20,000 nucleotides of DNA from Neocallimastix sp. 'constans' (taxonomy: Eukaryota), in the NCBI GenBank assembly GCA_050613775.1, contig JBODTK010000143.1, forward strand, positions 416,661 through 436,660, written 5' to 3'. The notes under the pieces are model-generated. The model was not told the DNA's origin, made no database searches, and was given only the letters and a program-made list of their open reading frames with translations. A program made the translations under genes and the position numbers. Shown piece after piece: positions 12,893-20,000 of the stretch (position 1 is the stretch's first letter; each line of letters begins with the position of its first letter).

Positions 12893-13220
12893 TTATAAAA
12901 TTATTAAATAGAAAAAAAAATAATTATAGTAATAATATTTATATAAAAAAAGATTAAGGAATAATTAGATTTAATTATAAGTTCGAATGTTCAAAGTAAA
13001 TAAAAATTTTTTTAAAATTTTTAATTAAATTATAATTAATAAAGTTTATAAAAAAATATATATATATATATTTATGGACTTAATATAAATTTAATTTTAA
13101 TATAAAATCAATTAACAATTTTAAATTTTCTTTTTTCTTCTAGTATAATTTAAAATTTTTTCTGTTTATATTAAATACTAAATTTAAAAAGAATTAAAAA
13201 AAAATATTTTATTACATTAT

Positions 13221-13300
13221 ACATTTTAGTACATTATAGTACATTATAGTACATTTTAGTACATTATAGTATATTATAGTATATTATAGTAAATTCTCGT
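13221..13300. repeat. 10-bp tandem array (ACATTATAGT)x8 upstream of HSP104
   Basis: Units at 13221-13291: acattttagt, acattatagt, acattatagt, acattttagt, acattatagt, atattatagt, atattatagt, aaattctcgt. Confidence 0.9.
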
Positions 13301-13501
13301 AATACATTATTACTATTTATAATTATAATTAAAATTTATTTGATAATATTTTAAAATTTTTTAACCTAATAGGTTGTATTTATTCTTTAATTTTCTAGTA
13401 AATAATTTATTAAAAGATTTTCTTTTATTATTTTAATTATCAAATTTTATTTATTAATGAAATACTTTTATTTTTTAAATATATACCATTAATAATTAGA
13501 G

Positions 13502-13566
13502 TTCCATGGAATATCCTTAAAATATTATAGAGAGCTTTAAATTAAAGGTTTGAAAAAGTATAAATA
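13502..13566 (+). promoter_or_regulatory. Candidate HSP104 core promoter: degenerate heat-shock element plus TATA box
   Basis: A locally GC-richer patch contains the palindrome TTCCATGGAA, readable as TCC-at-GGA-at-ATC (three HSE pentamers, each with one mismatch but the invariant C/G kept). TATAAATA follows at 13559-13566, ~320 nt before the ATG. A TATA match in such AT-rich DNA is weak evidence by itself. Confidence 0.35.
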
Positions 13567-13885
13567 GTCTTTGAAGAATTACTTTTTTTTTTTTCTTTTT
13601 TTTAAATCATTATCTTTTAATTAATTAAATATTAATTATACCATTATATAAAAAAAATAAAAGATTAATATTTTAAAAGTATAAAGCAATAATATACCAA
13701 ATTTTTTTTATAAATAATACCCTATTAAAAGCAATACTAATTTAATAAATTACTTTACTTCATAGTTTATATATAAGAAAAATATAAAAAAAAAAAATTA
13801 ATAATAAAATATATTATAGATATAATTGATTTCGTAATTAAAAGTTAGCTATTAAAATAATAAATAATTATAATTATAAACAAAA

Positions 13886-16768
13886 ATGAGTGATAAATTT
13901 ACTGAAAAAGTTGAAAAGATTATTTTAAAGTCAAAAGAATTAGCTCAAGAAGCTAATCATATAGAAATCCAACCATGGCATATGTTTTTAGCTCTTCTAG
14001 ATGATCCTGAAAATATATTAAAAAATATTATTACTAAATGTGGAGGTGACTCCTTAATGGTAGAACGGGCTATTAAAAGAAAAATTGTTCAATTACCAGT
14101 TCAAACTCCTCCTCCAGATGATATTGGTTTCAGTAAAAATACTTACAAGGTTATTCAAAATGCTCAAAAGATTAGTTCAAAGAATAAGGATAAATTTTGT
14201 ACTCTTGATTCCCTTATCTTAGCCTTAATTGAATACAATGAAATTTCCAATATTCTTCAAACCGCTGGCATTGACATCAATACTATTAAAGAGAAAGTTA
14301 AGAAGCTTAGAGGTAGTGGTTCTTCGGATAGTAGGAACGCGGAAGATACTTTTGATGCCTTAAATAAATATGCTATTGATATGACCGCATTAGCTGAACA
14401 AGGAAAGTTAGATCCAGTCATTGGTCGTGATGATGAAATCAGAAGAGTTATTCGTGTCTTAACCTGTAGAAAGAAGAATAATCCATGTTTAATTGGTGAA
14501 CCTGGTGTTGGTAAAACGGCAATTATTGAAGGTTTAGCCCAAAGAATTGTTGCTAATGATATTCCTTCAAATTTAAAATGTAGATTATACTCTTTGGATA
14601 TGGGTTCTCTAGTTGCTGGTACCGCCTTCCGTGGTGACTTTGAAAAGAGGTTAAAGGCGCTTTTAAATGAAGTCACATCTTCTGAAGAAAATATTATCTT
14701 ATTTATTGATGAAATTCACTTAGTACTTGGTGCCGGTGCCACTAGCGGCTCTATGGATGCTGCAAATTTATTAAAACCAATGCTAGCAAGAGGTGAACTT
14801 CGATGTATTGGTGCTACCACCTTAGCTGAGTATCGTGAATACGTTGAAAAGGATGCCGCATTTGAACGTCGTTTCCAACAAGTCTACGTTGGTGAACCCA
14901 GTGTTCAAGATACCATTACCATTTTAAGAGGTTTAAAGGAAAAGTTTGAAGCCTATGCCGGGGTAAAGATTTTGGATAGTGCTCTAGTTCAAGCCGCTTA
15001 CCTCTCCAATCGTTACATTACTAATCGTTTCTTACCTGATAAAGCAATTGATTTAATTGATGAAGCTTGTGCGTATGCCAAGGTTCAGTTGGAGTCTCAA
15101 CCGGAACAAATTGATATTCTGGAAAGAAAGAAATTCCAACTGGAAATTGAGAAAACCGCGTTATCGGGTGAAAAGAGTCAGATCGCAAAGGATAGATTAC
15201 AAAAGGTAGAAGAAGAAATTGCTGAATTAAATGAAAAACTTAAGCCATTAATGGAACAATATAAGAGTGAAAAGAAGCGTATTGATGAAATTGGTACAAT
15301 GAACAAAAAACTGGATGAAATTCGTTATAAGATTGCTGATGCTGAACGTAGACAAGATTTAGCTTTAGCCGCTGATTTGAAGTATTATGCTTTACCGGAA
15401 GTTGAAAACCGCTTAAAAGAATTAGAAGCCAAACGAGAAAAGGAAATTAATGAAATGATTGAAGAGGGTGATAACTTCAAACCAACAACGTCCTTGAATC
15501 ATCGTGAACTTTTCCATGATGATAAAAATGAAAAAAGTGAGGGTAAGCACGAATCTACAAGAGATCAAAAGGAAAGATTATTAAAGGAAATTATTGGTCC
15601 AAATGAAATTGCTGACATTGTATCCAAATGGACAGGTATTCCGGTTCAACGTTTATCTCAAGGTGAGGCTGAACGTTTCCTACATTTAGCTGAACGTCTT
15701 CACCAAAGAATTATTGGTCAAGATGAAGCCGTTGAATTAGTCGCTGAAGCCATTTTAAGAAGTAGAGCTGGCTTAGCTCGTGAAAAGGCGCCAGCGGGTT
15801 CCTTCCTATTCTTAGGTCCAACGGGTGTTGGTAAAACTGAATTAGCGAAGGCGTTAGCATGCGAATTATTCGATGATGAAAAATATATCGTCCGTATTGA
15901 TATGACGGAATATATGGAAAAGCATAGTGTCTCAAGATTAATTGGTGCTCCACCAGGTTATGTCGGCTACGAAGAAAGTGGTCAACTTACGGAAGCAGTC
16001 AGAAGAAGACCATATTCTATAGTTCTTTTTGATGAAATTGAAAAGGCCCATCCGGAAGTCATTAATATTTTATTACAAGTTTTAGATGATGGTGTCTTAA
16101 CAGATGGTAAGGGTAGAACCGTCGACTTTTCTAATGCTGTAATTATCATGACCAGTAATCTCGGTTACCGTCCATTACAAGCTCTTGCTCTTGATGGAAG
16201 AACGACTATAGATGAGACCACTAGAGGTAAAGTGATGGAGGAAGTTCGTCAATGCTTAAAACCGGAACTTATTAATCGTTTGGACGATATCGTTTTATTC
16301 CATCCTCTTTCTCAAAAGGAATTAAGAACTATTATAGTTAATCAAGTCAAGAATATTGAAAAGCGTATCGCTAAACAGGGCTTAATTAATATGATTTTGA
16401 ATATTACAAAGGACGCTCAAGACTTTGTATTAAGTGAAGCTTACGATCCAGCCTATGGTGCTAGACCAATTAGAAGATATTTGGAAAAACATATCGTGAC
16501 ACGTCTTAGTTACTTAAAAATTAAGGGAAAACTTTATCCCGGTTGTATTGTTAATATTGACTATTCCCCAGAAAAGAATAAGACTCCCAATAGTCAAATT
16601 CTTTTGAATAGGGGCTCCTCCCCATCACCTTATTTATCATCTCCAAGTTCTGACTTTTCAGAATCATACAATCCAAAAAAGAGATACTTTGATGATGATG
16701 CCTTAACCATTACCGTACAACCACCAGAATTAGATCTTAATAATACTGATAAAAAAATGAAAATCTAA
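13886..16768 (+). CDS. HSP104: Cytosolic Hsp104/Hsp101 (ClpB-family) AAA+ disaggregase, 960 aa, single exon
   Basis: Clp N-domain; NBD1 ([14 protein letters not shown], Walker A GEPGVGKT, Walker [36 protein letters not shown]); coiled-coil M-domain (ADLKYYALP); NBD2 (Walker A GPTGVGKT, pore loop GYVG, Walker [18 protein letters not shown]). There is no N-terminal targeting extension, so it is not mitochondrial Hsp78. ATG is in an A-rich context (CAAAAATG). Confidence 0.97.
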   Translation: MSDKFTEKVEKIILKSKELAQEANHIEIQPWHMFLALLDDPENILKNIITKCGGDSLMVERAIKRKIVQLPVQTPPPDDIGFSKNTYKVIQNAQKISSKNKDKFCTLDSLILALIEYNEISNILQTAGIDINTIKEKVKKLRGSGSSDSRNAEDTFDALNKYAIDMTALAEQGKLDPVIGRDDEIRRVIRVLTCRKKNNPCLIGEPGVGKTAIIEGLAQRIVANDIPSNLKCRLYSLDMGSLVAGTAFRGDFEKRLKALLNEVTSSEENIILFIDEIHLVLGAGATSGSMDAANLLKPMLARGELRCIGATTLAEYREYVEKDAAFERRFQQVYVGEPSVQDTITILRGLKEKFEAYAGVKILDSALVQAAYLSNRYITNRFLPDKAIDLIDEACAYAKVQLESQPEQIDILERKKFQLEIEKTALSGEKSQIAKDRLQKVEEEIAELNEKLKPLMEQYKSEKKRIDEIGTMNKKLDEIRYKIADAERRQDLALAADLKYYALPEVENRLKELEAKREKEINEMIEEGDNFKPTTSLNHRELFHDDKNEKSEGKHESTRDQKERLLKEIIGPNEIADIVSKWTGIPVQRLSQGEAERFLHLAERLHQRIIGQDEAVELVAEAILRSRAGLAREKAPAGSFLFLGPTGVGKTELAKALACELFDDEKYIVRIDMTEYMEKHSVSRLIGAPPGYVGYEESGQLTEAVRRRPYSIVLFDEIEKAHPEVINILLQVLDDGVLTDGKGRTVDFSNAVIIMTSNLGYRPLQALALDGRTTIDETTRGKVMEEVRQCLKPELINRLDDIVLFHPLSQKELRTIIVNQVKNIEKRIAKQGLINMILNITKDAQDFVLSEAYDPAYGARPIRRYLEKHIVTRLSYLKIKGKLYPGCIVNIDYSPEKNKTPNSQILLNRGSSPSPYLSSPSSDFSESYNPKKRYFDDDALTITVQPPELDLNNTDKKMKI

Positions 16769-17180
16769 AATTTTTATTAAATTATTAAAAAAAAAAAAAA
16801 AATATTTTTTGAAATAAAAACATACATAAATATATATTAAATAATTAATATTTATAAAATATTATTATAAAACATGTAAATATTTATCATATATATTACT
16901 AATAATTATCTATTATTTTGTTTTAATGTTTAGTGTAAATTTGTAATTTATTTATCTATTATTATTGAATATTTAGTAATATTGTTGTAAAATATATAAA
17001 ATAATGATATATTATGTAAATTAAAATTTTCAAACAAAAAAAATATATATATAAATAAAAATGAAAGTATAAATAAAAAGAAAATATATATATATATTAA
17101 ATAATTATTGTTTTAAATAATATTATTAATAAGCATAAAAATATTTATCATATATATCAATAATACTAATAATAATTATC

Positions 17181-17238
<58 letters not shown>

Positions 17239-18211
17239 TAATATTTATTATTATGAATTATTTATTAATAATGTTTGAAAATTTTTAATATTAATGTATT
17301 AATGTATTATTTAAATAAAAATAATATTAAAAATATATATATAAAAATATTAATATATAAATAAAAAAATTTTTATTTAATATTTTCAGAAAGAAAAAGA
17401 CTTGAGAATAAAATAAAAGTATATAAAAGTTCTTTGATATTTACATATTTTTATTTAATAAATATAGTTTTTAAAGATTAATAATTTAAATCTAGCTTAT
17501 TTTTTTTTAAAAAAAAAAAAAAATAAAAATTCTATAATGATATTTTAAATTTCTAAAATATATATAATAATATATTTTATTATTCAACCTCGATGTCAAT
17601 GAAAATCATATTACAAATTTAATATAACAAATAGAGCAAATTATATATTATTATTCAATTTTTCCCACATCATTTTTAATTGTTTAATTAAATTAAAAAA
17701 TCGTATTAATTAATTTTAATTTAAATTTTAAATATTATTAATTATAATATATAGAATTAAAATATGGCTTTAGATTTTTCGTAGTATTTTTATAATTGGA
17801 GTATTGTTTACTAATAATATCTAATTTTGATATTTAATATTTTAGAAATATTATTATTATTATTATTATTATTATTATCACAAACAGAATAACAGAAATA
17901 ATAGAAATTTAAGATGTTTATTTTAATTCATAATGTTTAACTAAATTTTCATATATCATTAACGTAACATAAAAATTCTAATAAAAATATGAAAATATTA
18001 GGAAATCTGTATGATTTTTTATCAATGAATTTAATAATGAAATGTGGCTTATTAATTTAATTATTGATATTGTAAATAAAAAAGAAGTATACATTTATTG
18101 GATGATTAATAACATATGATATAAATGTAAATTATGATATATGATATTAATTTTAAAAAATTTTTTATCAATGGGTTTCAAATTAATAATAAAGAATATT
18201 AAATAAATAAA

Positions 18212-19239
18212 ATGGTTGAGGAGAATCAAAATTCTGTTACAAAAAATGAAAAAGTATTAGATTATACTGATAGTAAAGAAGAAATTATCGATATTAATGG
18301 TGTCTCAACAAAAATTTTATATATTAAAGCTGAAAATATATCTGAAAATTCACCAAGAACAGTAGTAATTTTAGTTCCTGGTTTGCAAATTATTTTATTT
18401 TTATGAAATTAATATTTTATAAATAAATATTGAGTATAAATTATTAATTTTTATCAAAAAAAAAAAAAAAATAAAAATAAAAAAAAAAATAAAATAAATA
18501 AAATAAAATAAATGAATGAATGAAAAGTAATACTAATAAAAATAAAAAAAAAAAATAAATTAATATAATAAAATGAAATAAAATAAAATAAAATTTAGGT
18601 AGTCCTGGTATTGTAGACTATTATCGTAGATTTATGGGTCAAATTTATGATACATGGGATAAGAAAATTGATATTTATGGAAGTAAGAATAATTTATTAT
18701 TGGTATAGTTACTTTTTTTAATTCAAAATAAAATAAAATAAAATTTTTAATAATAAAATGAGATGAATTGAAATTAATTTTCACTGTTTTATTATCATTA
18801 TTATTATTTTTTTCATTTTTTTTTTTTTTTTTTTTTTAAAAAAAAATTTTGAAAATATGATAATTATAATGTTATAATATTTAAATTAAAAAATAAAAAA
18901 TAATAATAACAACAACAACAACAATAAAATGATAATATATAAATGAATAAAAAAAATAAATAAATAAATAAATGAAATACTATAATAGTTGAACATAGTG
19001 GACATACGGGTAGAAAACTTGAAGGGGATAATGTTTTATATTCTAATCAACAATTAATTGATTCAAAAATAAAGTTTTTCGATATGATTAAGGAAAAACC
19101 AGAATACGCTAACCCAGATACAAAGTTTTACTTTATTGCACATTCTCTTGGTGGATATATGGTTTTAAAAGTAAATATTTAATAATACATATATATATTA
19201 TATGATATATACACATGGTAATAATTAAATTAATTTTTT

Positions 19240-19274
<35 letters not shown>

Positions 19275-19714
19275 TTTTTATTATTATTATATATGTAAAT
19301 AAATTATTAAATTATTATGCTTGTTAATTTTTTTTTATTATTATTATTATTATTATATATGTAAATAAATTATTAAATTATTATGCTTGTTTAATTTTTT
19401 TTTTTTTTATTTTATTTTATTTTTTTATTTTTTTTTTTTTATTTTTATTATATAAGTTACTTGAAGCTAGACCAATTTCAGGAATTGTTAAAGCATTTTT
19501 AATATTTCCAGCAATCCATGAAATTGAGAAGACTCCAAGTGGTAATTTAAGTTTTAAATTAATAAAATATGAATTTGAAAGAAAATTAGTATGTGCTTTG
19601 ACAAAAAGTCTTGATTTCTTACCAGTATCATTTAAAGCATCTATTGTAAAAACTGTTGCTGGACAAAGTGAAGATGAAAGTGAAGTTACTGCAAAAGAAC
19701 TTTTAAAATATCCT
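18212..19714 (+). CDS. LDAH: Lipid droplet-associated hydrolase (LDAH/C2orf43/YPR147C-like alpha/beta hydrolase), 5' part; exons 18212-18380, 18599-18682, 18989-19170, 19457-~19714 (3' end unresolved)
   Basis: Splicing at GT..AG junctions (introns 18381-18598, 18683-18988, 19171-19456) keeps one frame: ...VVILVPGSPGIVDYYRRFMGQIY...IYGIEHSGH...KIKFFD...KFYFIAHSLGGYMVLKLLEARP...AFLIFPAIHEIEKTPSG. This matches the LDAH motif series IPGNPG..YY..F, SHAGH, GHSxG and LFPTI...SPNG. Confidence 0.82.
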
Positions 19715-20000
19715 TTTTATTTTTTATTTTTTATTTTTTATTTCTTATTTTTTATTTTTTATTTTTTATTTTTTATTTTTTATTTTTTATTTTTTATTTT
19801 TTATTTTTTATTTTTTATTTTTTATTTTTTATTTTTTATTTTTTATTTTTTATTTTTTATTTTTTATTTTTTATTTTTTATTTTTTATTTTTTATTTTTT
19901 ATTTTTTATTTTTTATTTTTTATTTTTTATTTTTTATTTTTTTTTTTTTTATTTTTTTTTATTTTTTTTTATTTTTTATTTTTTATTTCTTATTTTTTAT
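19713..20000. repeat. (TTTTTTA)n heptamer repeat running to the window end
   Basis: Period-7 T6A array directly abutting LDAH exon 4. Confidence 0.93.

Noticed and set aside
14257..15953. Minus-strand ORFs 14257-14676 and 15711-15953
   Set aside because: Antisense shadows of the HSP104 CDS.
13886..16768. Recently acquired bacterial clpB
   Set aside because: Diagnostic motifs ([26 protein letters not shown], long C-tail) are of the eukaryotic cytosolic type; no operon context.

Overview
Extremely AT-rich eukaryotic DNA. Intergenic and intronic sequence is almost free of G/C, with homopolymer runs, microsatellites and 200-300 nt GT-AG introns. This style suggests an anaerobic gut fungus (Neocallimastigomycota) or a similarly AT-rich protist; that assignment is inference from composition only. 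Three protein genes are supported: (1) a 3-exon ANKRD13-family ankyrin/'GPCR-chaperone' gene on the minus strand (6082->3587, 679 aa when spliced); (2) an intronless cytosolic Hsp104/Hsp101 (ClpB-family) disaggregase (13886-16768, +), divergent from gene 1 across a 7.8 kb gene-free spacer that holds a 1.7 kb (ATATTTT)n satellite; (3) the 5' part of a lipid-droplet-associated hydrolase (LDAH-like) gene with at least 4 exons from 18212, which runs into a (TTTTTTA)n repeat at the window end. The first 2.3 kb is a mosaic of tandem duplications, a poly(A)-punctuated minisatellite and GC-richer islands that may be a decayed gene or element. I see no convincing new multi-gene system. The best leads are the atypical Hsp104 (altered pore loop, M-domain insertion, unusual C-tail, plant-HSP101-like motifs), a 10-bp-period array with heat-shock-element phasing upstream of it, and the missing splice donor in the LDAH gene.
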